In this document: positions 34,139-47,358 of the stretch, one piece after another | Numbering within the stretch: the stretch's first letter is position 1 | Layout of the letters: each line of letters begins with the position of its first letter | From: Schizochytrium sp. TIO01 | Lineage: Eukaryota; Protista; Bigyra: Labyrinthulomycetes | Direction: 5' to 3' | Length of the DNA stretch: 64,000 bases | Assembly (NCBI GenBank): GCA_004764695.1 | Contig: SMSO01000014.1 | Span: 925,648-989,647 of the forward strand | Program-made: the position numbers and the translations under genes | Notes under the pieces: model-generated | Databases searched by the model: none | Told to the model about the DNA's origin: nothing | The model's input: the letters and a program-made list of their open reading frames with translations, nothing else

Positions 34139-34230
34139 AGTCGAAGTTGAAGTTGAAGTCGAAGTTGAAGTTGAAGTCGAAGTCAAAGTCGAAGTCGAAG
34201 TCGAAGTCGAAGTCGAAGTTGAAGTCAAAA
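34139..34230 (+). repeat. (GAAGTY)n hexamer tandem repeat
   Basis: About 15 GAAGTT/GAAGTC units seen directly. Confidence 0.9.
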
Positions 34231-35695
34231 TTGCCAATTCGCTTCGTTTTACAGCACTGCAAAGCGCGACCAATCGATCGATCGATTGGTCGGTTTATGC
34301 ATGAAACGATCTCGGCTTTCGAGAGCGATGGATGGTCGGTCTTCAGGTCGAACGAACGAACTTGAAAAGCACTGACGCCGTCTTCGAGTCTTTGGGCAAC
34401 AGCGGCTCCGTGGAGACTTTTGGATGGACCTGAGTGCCATGGACCGAGTGACACGGAATGCCTGCGGTGCCGAGGCATCCATTTCTAAGTTCATGCATTC
34501 CTACATGCATTCCTACATCCATTGCGTGGCTTTGAGGATGTGCCGATCAGAGATGAAGTAAATGCCAATCTGACTCTCTGTTGGTTGGAATGGGATTCCA
34601 TGACATTCTATGCGGCACTTGGATATGATTGATTGATTGATTGTCTCGTCTCGTCTCCATCGCGATCGGCGCAGCGCCAGTTTTGCGGGGAAGAATCTCT
34701 AAGTGCGCGAGTCCCGGACCCATGGAGGAGAGATCTCGGCTTGCTGGCCTGGCCTGGCCTCACCTGCACAGGCACTGACTGCAAAAAGAAGACGAGCCAC
34801 GACGGCGCCGTCCTTGGCCACGATATAGGCCACGGCGACCACCATGGAGATTTGATTGAGGCGATGTATTTGAGGAGTCTCGTCTTCGTTGAATGCAGGA
34901 AGAGACTGCAGAGACTGCGGAGAGCCTGGGATGCGGGAACATGAAGGTTTGCTCGAAGAGCATGGAGGAGTGGGCCGAGTGAGCCAGCTATGGGCACCGC
35001 TTTTGCTGCAAGGTGAGGAACCTCAGATGTGATACCCGAATTTTGCCTGCCTTTGCATTATTTATTGCTATCATTGCGATTTTTAGAAAGAAACGACATA
35101 CCTACATGTGCGTTTGGTGCTTCTTGTTTCCTTCACGAGACTCGCCATATATAGAATCTATTTAGAGAAGCCACGGTGTCATGTAGTGGTCCTCAGCTGC
35201 CCTGGTGCTATATTTTGATCAGTTCAAGCTGCAACGTGTCGCTTGGCATTTATGCGTTGCGTAAAGCGCAAGTACTACCTACTTTGATCTATTTATTATT
35301 ATTGTTGTTGTTATTAATTCTTAAACTTTTAATTGATTTGAAAAGTATTTTAAATCGAATAAAGAAACAAATCAAAACAGTATTACATGTATATAAGAGA
35401 GAGAAACAGAGAGAGAAAGCTATAGTAGGTCTAGCTTATTTTTTCTAATATATATATATATTTTTTTAATTTTTTTATTTTTTAAAGTCTACTTATGAAA
35501 GTAATATATTTCAATTAAAAAACACGTTTGTCTATTTTTTCCAACCCGATAGGAATGAAGGATGGTCATGGAGGACTTAACTGGCACAAGGCAAATAATT
35601 GTCGCGTCAATGGTCTTCTTCGGTAACATGCAAACTACGATTCCTATTTGCATCAGAGCCGTTCGACGCAGGTTGGGTCGTCTTTGGCGTCCGTG

Positions 35696-36259
35696 ATGAG
35701 CAGCTACTATGACCTGGACGCCATCCTTGCAGAGGAAGAGCGCGTGCCAACAACTTTTTTGAGTAATGCACAAGACCTTGGCATGCTCGACAGCTCGAGC
35801 GATGGCAACGACCTCTCGAAAGGTACAAAGTCCGAGCTTCCACTGTGGCTTGCCACAACGCTTGCAGATCGAGTTTGGGTTAAACTTGAGCTCCCGAGGT
35901 GCTATCAAGCTCGCTTCAGGACATATTTGATGGCCGACCCCACCGTCGTCAATCTTTGCGAGCGATCGCCTAACTTCTACGAAACAGGCCTTCGGCTTGC
36001 GGCCTTTGTACGCGAGTGTAATCCAATTATTTCATGCCTCGCAAGTGTTCTCGCAGTGAGACATAAAGATATTGTTGATAAGGCTCAAAACTCCCGGAAT
36101 GAGGATATATCTAGTATGACACGTACCATGACGGAGGTTGAACGCCAACTCTTCGCCATTGCTCACCAAGAGTCGCTTGAGCTTTTCCGCTGGAAACAAC
36201 GTGATGGCGAGCGCATCAGGAGTGCTCGAGGCACTAAACGCACAATTCACCAGGCATAA
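35696..36259 (+). CDS. GINS3: DNA replication GINS complex subunit Psf3
   Basis: YYDLDAILAEEERVP..F......LG.LD.......L..GTK.ELPLWLA...L.ADP..VNL....P.FY..G. ATG at 35696. Confidence 0.95.
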   Translation: MSSYYDLDAILAEEERVPTTFLSNAQDLGMLDSSSDGNDLSKGTKSELPLWLATTLADRVWVKLELPRCYQARFRTYLMADPTVVNLCERSPNFYETGLRLAAFVRECNPIISCLASVLAVRHKDIVDKAQNSRNEDISSMTRTMTEVERQLFAIAHQESLELFRWKQRDGERIRSARGTKRTIHQA

Positions 36260-36750
36260 ATATGGCAAGCGTCATTACCGAACTTATGCTTACCTTATTT
36301 CTATAACATAACCTGGCCTCAATCAAACAATTCATTAGCACAGCTGTACGAGAATCAGTGGACCCTAGCAAAGCGGGTGAGGGGGGAGGCTCAGAACTCC
36401 GCGTACCAGCACCTGTACGCACCAACGCAGAATGTTTGGAAGTGTACTTTAGGCAAGCAAGACTTGAATTTCGTTTATATTGGCTTGAGGCCAATGTCCA
36501 TCTATCTTATCAAATCCACACAAGTACTTTAAAAAGAAATAAAAACAGGAAAGAACGTCTCTTGGTATCCGTATCTCTCCCAAAGCTCTCAGGAAGCCTA
36601 GCCCACAAGCCTACACCATTGCACCAATACACCAATTCACTTGACAACACTACAAAACACAAAACATTGAGTCTTTTTTCATTAAACAGGAAAGAATTTC
36701 ACGATAAAGTTATTGAACTACACGTATCGCAATTTGGAGTCATGAGGCCT

Positions 36751-39700
36751 TCATTCTGGCAAGGAAATATCATCGAGGTCAGATAGACCTGAGTAATCAG
36801 ACAAATTGTCAACGTCATCATCGTCCAAATTCAGTTGACTGCTTCCTTGGAGAAGTGGAGCAGCATCTGGCATTGAGGAGTCTCCGCTTTCTCCTGTAAG
36901 AGGGGATCGCGGCGGCTGAGTACTAGCCCCTGCTACACTTGTAAGCACAATTGAAGCACCCCCCTTGACATTCACCGGTGCTGATGAATTGCTTGAGGAA
37001 CCTCCTTTTTGGGCCAGCATCTGACGAATGCGTTCATCAAGTGAGGCCGCATCAACCCCACCCGTTGTTGATGATGCCACGGCACCAACATTACCCGAAC
37101 CGTGTGTATGGCTACTGCCACCACTAGAACTGCTTGTACCGCTTCCACTGCTCGATGGTCGCAAAGAAGTTACAGGAGGAAGGCTATCATCATCACTATC
37201 ATTACTGCTGTCATTGTCATCTTTGTCATGACGGGTGGGTAAGGAAGACTTGCTCAGACCTGCATTATTTGCTCCAAACGACTTTTGATGTTTTGGCGTT
37301 TGAGGAGTCATAAGCTCTGAGTCTCCAGTGTGCGGTGGTGATACTACTGATGCTGCTGGAGCTTGGGAATCTCGAGTGATAATTTGAGCTGGGCTGGAGC
37401 GGCTACTGGTACTATAGCGCTGAACAGAGCCACGCTCACTGTCAATGTCATCATCGTTGTCATCATCACTATCGTCCTCCTCTCCACTTAGAGTAGCATC
37501 TAGCTCCTTTGTTCTGGGTGAAAACCGATCAAGAGATGGTCTGTGTTCGTTGTGACTAATAGCTTTCTCGTCAGCAACGGCTCGACGCACAGGAAGTGGG
37601 GGTGGCGGTGGTGATTCTGCTTGTGAAGAGTCTGGTGGCGCCTGTGAAGAACTGACACTAGATTCTTTAGCAATTGCGGTGTCCAGTGTTAATGCGTCAT
37701 GGAGAGGGAAACGATTACTCCTTGTAGAGGAAACTCCCTGTTGAGTGTCACTAATTGCTGACGGACGCAAAAGTGCCGGACTTTCCGGGGATGGCACCGA
37801 AGAAGCAACGCTACCAGCGTCACTCAAAGATTCCATACTGTCCTTCTGCTGAGGCTTCATCAGTCCGTCGGAAAAGCTAATGCCATCCTCGATTCGAGAT
37901 CCCTTGGACGTAGCAGAACCTAGAGATACGTCATCCGCTGTGCTGGTTGGGGAGGAAATTGATGATTCTTCGAATCGAACTGCAGGTGGAAGGGTTGTGC
38001 CATCTTGAGAGGTACTATCTAGATTATGTATAGATCCCTTGGTATTGTCGATCATATTAGATTCTTCTCGAACTTCATTTTCAAGTCTGTGCCTTGTGCC
38101 TTGCTGACAATTCTGCGAGGAAGATAGATTTCCAGTTTTTCCTGTAACTTGTCGAGCTGAGACAGGAGATGTTATCCGAGAAGACGACTCGAAGCTGTTC
38201 ATTGTGACTTCTGATGGCGATTTGATTAAACTGATTGCTCCCATTCTCGATGATCTCGGAGATGAGGGTGAGGGTGAAGAGCTAATTCGCGACATTGTCG
38301 CCAGTGGCGTATCATGTTCGCGTTGAACTATTGCCTCGGGTTGTGGGGATTTGCTGCCATTCTGACGAAGTGAGGTTGCGCTGTCGCTTAGTTTTTGCTC
38401 ATCCTTCTTGTCCTTTTTCTTATCTACTTCAACTGGAGAAACCGCCTCGAGGTCCTCCTGTGGGCTGGGTGGAGACTTTTGCTCAGTTTCAAATCGGTGT
38501 TGAACCTGGAAACGGCTGTTAGGAAGCTCCTGTGTAAGTGGTGGAGGGGCTTGTCTAGATTTTTCGATTTGTGAAGTATCTATACCTGCAGCATTTTGTG
38601 GGCTAATGTCTCCTTGCTTCTCGGTGAATATTGCATTTCCAAAGTCAATGTTTTCGTCCAAAGCTCCAGCAATGTTTGCGTTACAAATACCATTTTGCAT
38701 AAGATAATCTCTAAAGTTCGCAATATTCTCGGAGTCAGAAGGTTCTGTTTCAAGCAGCTGGACAAAATTTCGCACCGCAGCCTTTGCAATTTCTACTTCC
38801 CGGTGTAATCCCAGTGCTTCGGCATTCGCGCTATCGATAGTCTGTACGGGTGGAGCCTCAAGACGTTGCCACAAACCAACATCAACAAGTCTTTCTCTGT
38901 AATCTGCGAATTGCTCAGTCGAAAATCCCTTGTTGTGGCTAATGCGTTCTAGGACTGAAAGCGCAGTCTGTGTCATGGTTCGCTGCTGGCGAGCGTCAGC
39001 CATCCAGTCCTCGAGTCTTCCGCTTTGTACGAAATCGTCGATGCCTTGATCGTGTAGGCTAGAAAAGGCCTCGAGCTTCGGCGAAGAGAAGCCAGGTGAA
39101 AGAGGAGCCATTCGCCCACGGCGTTGACCTCTGCGAGCTACATGGGGATGTTTTTGCGAGAAGAGTGTTGGAGCCTCTGACGAAGGGGGTGGGGGCGGAG
39201 GCGATAGCTGAAATGGTGGTGCGGAAGATGGTGGCGGCGGTGGTGGGGACAACACGTCGAATGTTGTATCTCTACTCAAACGTGAAGGGGTCAAAGGAAG
39301 CCTTGCCCGAGGTGAGCGCTTTTTTCGCTTCTCGCTAAAGGAGCCTGTACGGCGGCGACGCTCCCGCCGAGCATCAGCGCGGATGTTCTCCATCTCACGT
39401 CGACATTCTTCTTCGGTGTCTTTCATACCCTGAATAGTTTTCCTACGAAATGCATTTGTTGGAGTTAGTAAGCTTTTGGAAATGTGAACTGGACTTGTAT
39501 TGTTTGGCCGACGCTTTGGCGAGTCTAAAGATGTATCAATTTCTGGAATCACGGAGTGACGAGGCTCTGAAGATCCAAATGCAGGCATTGGGAGACCAAT
39601 GCGACGTTTTTCGGGTGTGCCAAGAGACTCCCTTGGCTTCGCGAGTCGTTCAAGCATAGCATCTAGCTTTGCCCGTTCTAAACGTTTGCTTGGACTCTGT

Positions 39701-42391
39701 TGGGATGCGCCATGAAAGGCAAGTGCTCTTTGCTCGGGAGTAAAACGAGCTTGTACTGTTGGCTCGCTGAGTTTTTTAATTCTCTCCATATCAACCTCGC
39801 GCTTTCGAGGCGGCGGGGTAGCCTGATCTTTGGTATTCGTAGCTGCGTTTCTTCGAGCATTCTTTCGCATTGTTGACGAAGGAGGCAAAGATACACCATC
39901 AAGATCCTGAAGTGAGGGTAATAGATGAATCATTTGGGCTCTGTAACGATTATTTTGGGCTACAGGATTCTCCTTGAGCCAAAGGTCTTCTAGGTTAACA
40001 TTCAAAGCCAAACCACGAAGTGCCGTTGTTTTTGAAATTTGATTATTACGCAAATCCAGTGATCTCAAGCTTGACAGACCAGCAAGATATGATGCATCCC
40101 GAATGCAGTTGTAGCCTGCACGCAATGCTAGTAGCGAATCCATGCGATCAAGACCTCGAAGTGTTTTAAGTTCGTTATGCGAAACATCAAGAACTTTCAG
40201 AGATGGTAAGGTCTCCGGAAGCAACTCCATATCTAAACGACGGAACGAGTTATACGCTAAATCAAGAGTATGCAGTTGTGAAAAAACGCGCTGAGGTGGG
40301 AAACAACGAATTTCAACGTTTGTACCAAGTATATTGCGACTAGCACGCAACAGGCACAAGGTGCCATCTGCGTCTTGTACGTTTTCAAGACTCTCTTGTA
40401 AGGACTCCAAATCCTTTCCTGAGAAATCGAGTTCTGTAATTGCAACAGATTCGACTTGGCTAAAACTATCCAAACCACTTTCAATGCTCCTTTGTTCCAA
40501 GGGGCTACTAGCCGCTAACTGAAGAAGCCCAAGACGGTCACCTTCACATTCTTCTGCCTCTGTATGCTCACCTTCTTCTTCAACCGCGTCTAGACGACGA
40601 GGTTCATTTTCTGTTAACTCCCGTTCTGAGCGCTTCTTTGATTTCTTTTTCGACCTGGAGGATTTGGAAGACTTGGAAGATTTGGAGTGACGGGATCGCG
40701 AAGATCGTGCGCTGAGCTTGCTTCGATTAGTATCCTTACTAAATTCACTGCTTGATGCAGTAAGTCTGCTTCCTGATGCACTTGTTTTAGAGCTGGCAGT
40801 AGATGGCTCTTCAAATCCTGAGCTCGATTGCGAACGCAAGTGTTCGCTGTCTTCATCCGAACTATCTGATCCCGATCCTGAAGATTCAGACTCTTCACTG
40901 CTAGAGCCGCTACGACTTCGACTGCTATTACTGCTCTCAGATTCAGACTCGGATCCGCTTCCACTTTCGCTTCCAGAATTAGAGTCCTCGTTGCTACTGT
41001 CATTGCTTCCACTGTCTTCATCAGAACTACTGACATCACTTTCACTATCGCTGTGACTGCCACTACTTTGGCTACGACTGCGACTTCCAGATGATCTTGA
41101 AGATGTGCGACTACTTCGGTCATCGTCATCATCATCATCATCACTATCGTCGTAATCCTTGCTTAATACTGAGGACTTATTTCGAACAGAGCCACCTCGA
41201 CTCGGACTGCTTAGTTGTCGACTAGGTGAAGAGACTGTTAATTGTGAGTTTTCTCCAGATAGTTTACTTGGCTCTTCTGAGTCAATTCTACTTAGGGAGC
41301 TTTCAAGTCGAGGGGATTCTTCTGCAATATGTGATGATAACATGCTGCTTTCCATCAGAAGGCCTGAGTCAGGAATTGAAGACCCAATTCTGCTCGTATC
41401 CGCAGCTGATGATTCCTTAAGTTCTGTGTGGTCTTCACCGTCCATGGACAAACCTCGCCATGCATCAGCAGGCTCAACAAGCTTGTACATTTGAATGAGC
41501 TTGATTTCTACATCTCGAACCGAAATCGCAAGCTTTGCATGTGACGTTGGCTCCCCACGAAGTAATAAGATAAGGCGCACAAATGCCCCATAACGCACTA
41601 AACATGGGAGGTCGACAATATCTGCCGTCCGGGAGGAACTTGAGAATGCAGAACCAATACTACTGGAACGTCGTTGCCGAGGAGATCCAAGCGAAGGGCC
41701 CGACTCTACAAGACCAAGTTCCTGCATTGCTTGAAGAACTACGCGGTGGCGAACCTGCTTTTGGAAATACATATCTACAGCTGCACGTACAGAAAGAAGT
41801 CCGCTAATTGCCCACGGAAGACCAATTCGAGGTGGAGCCTCCATATTATCGGGATCAAGAAACCGCAGGAATGCCCATGCACAATTCAGATGTAGATTAG
41901 CATCTGCACCTCGTTCTGCTTGCCGACTCAGGTCCTCAGCAATCTCTTCAGAGATAGCATTACCCTTTATTTGGACTTCCTGAATACATAATACGGCTTG
42001 CTTGCCAAATGCCCACTCCTCCTGGGCCTTGGCGAAAAGTTCTTCCATTAGTTGCACAAGAAGTTTAGCGCCACGGTCCGAGATTCGGTTCTCACGTAAG
42101 TCAAGTTTAGCCACAACAGGGTCACTGCGAAGTGCAGCAACGAGTGCACGGAGGTGAGTATCAGTCAGATCTACTTTACGAAGCGAGAGCACACCACTTC
42201 CCTTCCTTGGCCATTTTGTTGACAGCAGCACGAATCGCTTCACCATGTGATGCAGGTCCAAGCTCATCTACGAAGTTTCTTGCAAAAAAACGCCGCCTTG
42301 CTTCAGGCACATTTACCGTTTGTTTGGTGGGAATCGAGACTTCTTCATTCTTGCCCAGCAGCCTGCTAGACTGTCTCCGCAAGAATTGCAT
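36751..42391 (-). CDS. Very large LRR protein with S/D/E- and P-rich disordered regions; frame shift near 42200
   Basis: N-terminal RI-like LRRs (LSLRKVDLTD, LDLRENRISDRGA); central SDS22-like LRRs with LRR cap (LWLKENPV..NNRYRAQMIHLLPSLQDLDG). The likely start MQFLRRQSS at 42391 lies in a different frame (ORF 42176..42475). Confidence 0.8.
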
Positions 42392-43829
42392 GTTTTCAAC
42401 CCTTTTGAAGAAAAACCTAAAACTCTGATCGCTTCTCACTCCCCTGATTTGTTTCGGGAACTCAGAGAGTTTCAAATATTATTGCTTAAGTGCCTTTGCA
42501 GGATGTCTCAATTTTGTGAAGTTATTTTGGAGACCCAAACCGGGGAAATCGATTTGTCCAAATTCTCTACTCTGTGATCCAGACTCCACTCCAAGTTCTC
42601 TCACAATGGCCAGAGTTCTTTTATGCCAAAATATCTCCAGAGTTTCCTGCTTCTCCAAATCCCAAGCTTCACAAGAGCTTGCTCCAAATTCCTGCTTCGC
42701 AGTTCCTCTCTTCGCACTACTGACCTGTCTTACAGTCAATAGTGCTGTTATCAGCGCTGGACGGTTTTAGGCGCGGAGTAGACAAGCCTGCCTTCTTTCG
42801 CACTCCGTCGTGGCTTCTAGCGCGCTCTCGCAGGCGCCACAGAACCTCCCGCCGTGGCGCTGGGGCTACGCGGCGTCTTCCCCGAAGCGCTCGCGCCCTC
42901 GCGATCGCGTTGGAATAAGTCTGCAGCAAGCTTTGCAGACCTGAATATTGTGTAGTAATGAATTCCAATAAAATTCATTCATTTCCTTTTTATTTGTTTC
43001 TTTTTTCATTTGTTTCTTTTTGGTTTCCCTCCTTATTATTCCTTATCTTTCTCTTCAGAAGCACGTTGAGTTCTTTGTGAAAGTCCATGTCCTAGAAAGT
43101 TGGACCCAACAAGCCGCTCAGTTTTTAGTGTAATATTCGATGGATTAAGACACACTGTAGAAGTAGCGAATAGTAGGTGACGAGCCTCGCGATCAAGTTG
43201 CGATGTAACAGTGGTTGGTGGAGCTGGCTTTTCATGAAAGTCAAGGTTTTCTGGGCGCTAGACGGGAGAGAAAGGGTGCAATTGAATATTTGAGCGACCT
43301 GTGGACTTTGGAAAAGGTCTCGCGAGCCAAGCAAAAATATAAGCAGTTGCCGAGAAAAAGGTGTGCATCAGAAAACGTTGTAGTAGGGAAACCTCATATT
43401 GATTACGGCTGAGGGGGGTTCAATTTTATGAGCAATAGACATAAATTTAAATTGATGGCACCTAAAGAATGTCAGGCCTTGGTGAGGAGAGAATGTTTTG
43501 GCTTGTCAGCACGGCGCGTGCTACTTTGAATTGTGACGAGCTTAGCACTGCGGTTTGATGTTTATGAGTTGAATCATATTGACTTGTGATGAAAAGGAAA
43601 ACGTAGGAGTAGTTGACATAGCCATTTATGTAGCTATTGTCAGGTACACGTTAAGCGGTGCATAGCTTTTAAGGTTAAATTAGCAAAGGTATGAAATTTG
43701 GATAATAATGTTATGTACCTTATGTACATGAAGTGAACGAATCGACGAGACGGAGACAAAACAAAGCTTGACCAGAGGTGGATGGTTTAGTAGATATATG
43801 TTGGAGTTCTCTCTAAAGCCGAACCTACA

Positions 43830-44989
43830 TTACTCGCTAGGAGGCGCCGTGGCTTTTGCCGGTGTAAAGACCATAATGTAGTTCTCTGTAAGGGACTCGA
43901 TAGTAGGCTCCTCCTTGAGTTCAAGACCAGCAGAGAGAATTTCCGAGCGGAAAGTGTCTTGATCAGCACGAACATGTTGATAGACCCATCCCTTAGGCTT
44001 GTGCCAAATCTTGTCATCATCCCGGTGGAAATCTACCACAACGAGGTGGCCATCAGGCTTAAGGATACGTCGGCAGTGACGCATAATTGTCACCGGGTAA
44101 GTGAGGTGGTGGTACACATCACATACAAAAATAAGATCAGCAGATCCAGAAGGTAAGTTCAGCGTGTCCTCGGGCGAAACAACAACTTCTATGACGGATG
44201 CCATGGTCTCATCAGCTTCGACCTTTCGGCGCATGATTTCGGCAAAGGCATCCGAGATCTCACAAGCATAGACTTTGCCTTTAGGGCCTACTCTCTCTGC
44301 AAAATCCTTCAAGAAAAGCCCAGTGCCAGCACCAAGGTCTACAATCGTAGCATCTTCCTTCGCGCCATACTTGGCCAACATCTCTTGAACCTTGTCTGCG
44401 TTCTTGGCAATGTCACGGCTTTCAGTGTTTTCGAAGATACCCTTTCCCTTACCGTAGGCCTCGTCCAGGCGGTCAGCCTCTTCTTTGGGCTTCAAAAATA
44501 CATTGTTCACGCCCTCGGGAAACATCTGCGTAGACGCAACAGGAAAAATTAATAGCGTGTCCATGATAGTATAGGAAAATTTCCAGTTAGCCTCCAAATG
44601 TTACATGATGCATATCTAAATGATTCATTCACCGATCCCAATGGCTGTCTCTGTCTCCCACAAGTGCTGGCTTCTCCCTACTCCAACATGGTCTATCATG
44701 TTGCCAGATCACTACAATGTCACTGTCAAGACACCTCTCTCCATCTCCCAGCTACAACAAGTTTTTAAATAGTATCTATCCAACCTTAAGCACTTGGGCG
44801 GTTCACTCGTTGCATTTGCATGCTTGCAACTGCGCCACCTACCTCGTTAGAGAAGATCTTCGGCTCCTCCTTGGGGAATTCCTCCATTGTTTCTGTCGCG
44901 GGATCAATCGCGGACTCAGTCGCGGACTCAGTGCGAGCGCGTTTTGCGACCTGCTCCTCTTCCTGCGCAGCCTTGGGTGTATCACTCAT
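43830..44989 (-). CDS. Class I SAM-dependent methyltransferase (UbiE/Methyltransf_31-like); exons 44989-44843, 44525-43830
   Basis: IVDLGAGTG, KVYACEIS, ADLIFVCDVYHH, ILKPDGHLVVVDF. A phase-0 intron GTAGGT...ACGCAG joins the 49-codon first exon. Confidence 0.88.
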
Positions 44990-45770
44990 GGTTGATCCGA
45001 TCTCTTGCTCGCGCGTTTCTATCTCTTGTAAAACTAGTTTGGATGCTTTTTTTGTATATGAGTGTAGGTAGTACGTGCCTCATCAATAGGTTTGGTAGGA
45101 CTCACATAAAGAAATTACTTACTTAAAGACTCTAGCGGGCAAAGGCAGACATCTCCCCGCATAGTCGGAGTTAATCAATACACGCACATGTGCTGTGAGA
45201 GGTAGTTAATCCTGATATGATAATTAAGTGAAGGTTCACGACTAGGCTGACTTTAACACTCTGGACTAGGAATTAAAGTAACAAGAAGTACCACCATACC
45301 TGGATATCTATCAAAACTATTAAGATGTCTTAACTTGAGAACATTCACATGATGTTTCAGTCATTTGCTAGTTTCTACAGGCTCAACTCGAGACTCAATT
45401 TTGGTCTTTGAAGCATTTCAAAAAGAAAGAGGGTTTTGTAAACAAATGTGAAACCGTAAGTAGTTAATAACATAGTAGATACTAACTATACTACAGCACC
45501 CGCAAAAGTTCACACACCCTATATGCTGTAGTACTAAACACTCATTGAAAGATTCAAGGGGAAAGACCAAATGGTCTAACTAAGGTATACATTTTCTTGC
45601 AAGATAGTGAAATTTGCTGAAGTTCTGTCGACGGGCACAACAAAAAATGTATTCATTCAATTGAGGGGAAAAAAGCGTTTGGAGATGTGCTACCTGATAT
45701 CTCATAGGATCTTGTCTCCTGGCTTGGAGCTGGAACATATATTTGTCAGCAAGTTATTGCCTTTAAAAGT

Positions 45771-47358
45771 TCACTGGCGAGCAAAATATTTGTGAGTGGC
45801 CACGATGCAATGCTGCTTCAAATATTGATCTGTCTCATAGGCCCGCACAGTATATCTCCCTCCTTTCGATATATTCTGAATCTCCATTTGCTGATATTTG
45901 TGTGGTAAAAGTGCTAAAAGGTTAATCTACAGAATATTTTAATTGGACTGTCCAAAGTTACTCTCAGGAACTTATCAAAACAAATGATTAGGAATACAGT
46001 GTTATTCTGCTTACGACCAACGCTGAGTCTACAAGAATCCACCGCAACAGGCACAGAGTTACGTGCAATGGCTGGAGATAGTATTGTGATCTTTGAAATT
46101 AATACCGGGGCATGGATCATTAGTTTAGCACACTGCTGGTATTCATGAAAGCTTTGATTCAGATAATTCACGTAAGAAAATTTTATTTTTCCAACTGTGA
46201 TAATCAGCCACAAGTGACTATCTATTTTTACCCTGGGCTTTACATAGAGGTACCTGACGCAGAGTTAGAGGAAATGCTATATACATCTCCATCATCCTCA
46301 TCATCAGCTTGCAACTCAGCAAGAATTTTTTCCTTGAGTAGGGCGCGCTCATGCCTTTCTTCACTTGCAAGACTACTTGTGGGTGTAATGGGTTGAATAC
46401 TGCCAGCATTTTGCCAAGCTCGCATGTACGTCGAGTCCATGTTTCCTCTATCTTTAAAGTTGCTATAATTCTCAGAGGAATTGCTCAATTCATTCTCTGC
46501 TTGAAACCAACGTTCTTCAGGTGGATACTCCCGTGCGTCATCGTCCAGATTCTCTTCAATAAAGACAGAGATTATTGGATCTGCGCAGAGACGATCAACT
46601 AGTTCCATAATTTTCATTTGTCTCCGAGCGCGACGAGGAGGCTGATCATCCGGCGGAAAGTCAAGCAAAACAGGCTCTCTTTTGGCCATATTACCGTTCA
46701 TATTGAATTGAGTTGTTCGCGCTGGCTTGGGCTTGGGCTTGGGCTTGGGAACTGGTATCGAACCATTAGGTGAGTGTCCAAATGGCAATTTAGATACCTT
46801 GAAGGGAGCAGGGTGCGTGACTTTATTTGTTTCTTTCCTTGCTTGAATTTTCCGGGCAAGAGCCTTTCGTTCTGATTCCCTGTCCTGAGCACCCATCTCT
46901 CGGAGACTTCGTTCACTCGTTTCTGTCCAAGCATCCCTAAACAAGGTTGGTCGACTACTCTTATCCCCATTGACACGATCCTTAAGTTGTTCATTTTGGT
47001 TTAGCTGATGATGATTACGAGGACGGCCATGTCCCTGATTGCTGTCTCGTTGCCCAAACAGTTGTCTCGAGTCCTCGAATCCTGAGCTAGCTGAACTTGA
47101 TGTCCACTGACCCTCGCTTCGTTTGAGCATCTGTTGCAAATCTACAGCATTTTGTTTTACCTCAGGAGCAGTGCTGTTCACCTGGCGTCCATGATATCCA
47201 CGAGCATATGTTTTCACTGGAGTACTACCTCGAGGCCACAGTTTCGCCTGTGCATCAAGCAACTCCGCCACACTGCCATCATCCGAAAAAGGAAACTTGA
47301 ACATGACATCCTGCCTGCCAAAGCTCCTCGACCTCGGTCTCCTGTGTCTGGACGTCAT
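45771..47358 (-). CDS. Hypothetical protein (main exon ~46252-47358, two probable short 3' exons)
   Basis: Long ORF from MTSRHRR. Donor GTACCT near 46251 with acceptor CTCCAG near 46070, then donor GTAAGC with acceptor TTTTAG near 45914, give an in-frame ending PLLPHKYQQ...KYFARQ*. No family recognised and the 3' exons are tentative. Confidence 0.6.

Noticed and set aside
34041-34478. ORFs containing (FD)n, (ST)n or (KS)n
   Set aside because: They are translations of the hexamer repeat.
35015-35050. TSDVIPEF resembling the BEACH motif SDVKELIPEF
   Set aside because: Preceded by in-frame stops and no other BEACH motifs are present.
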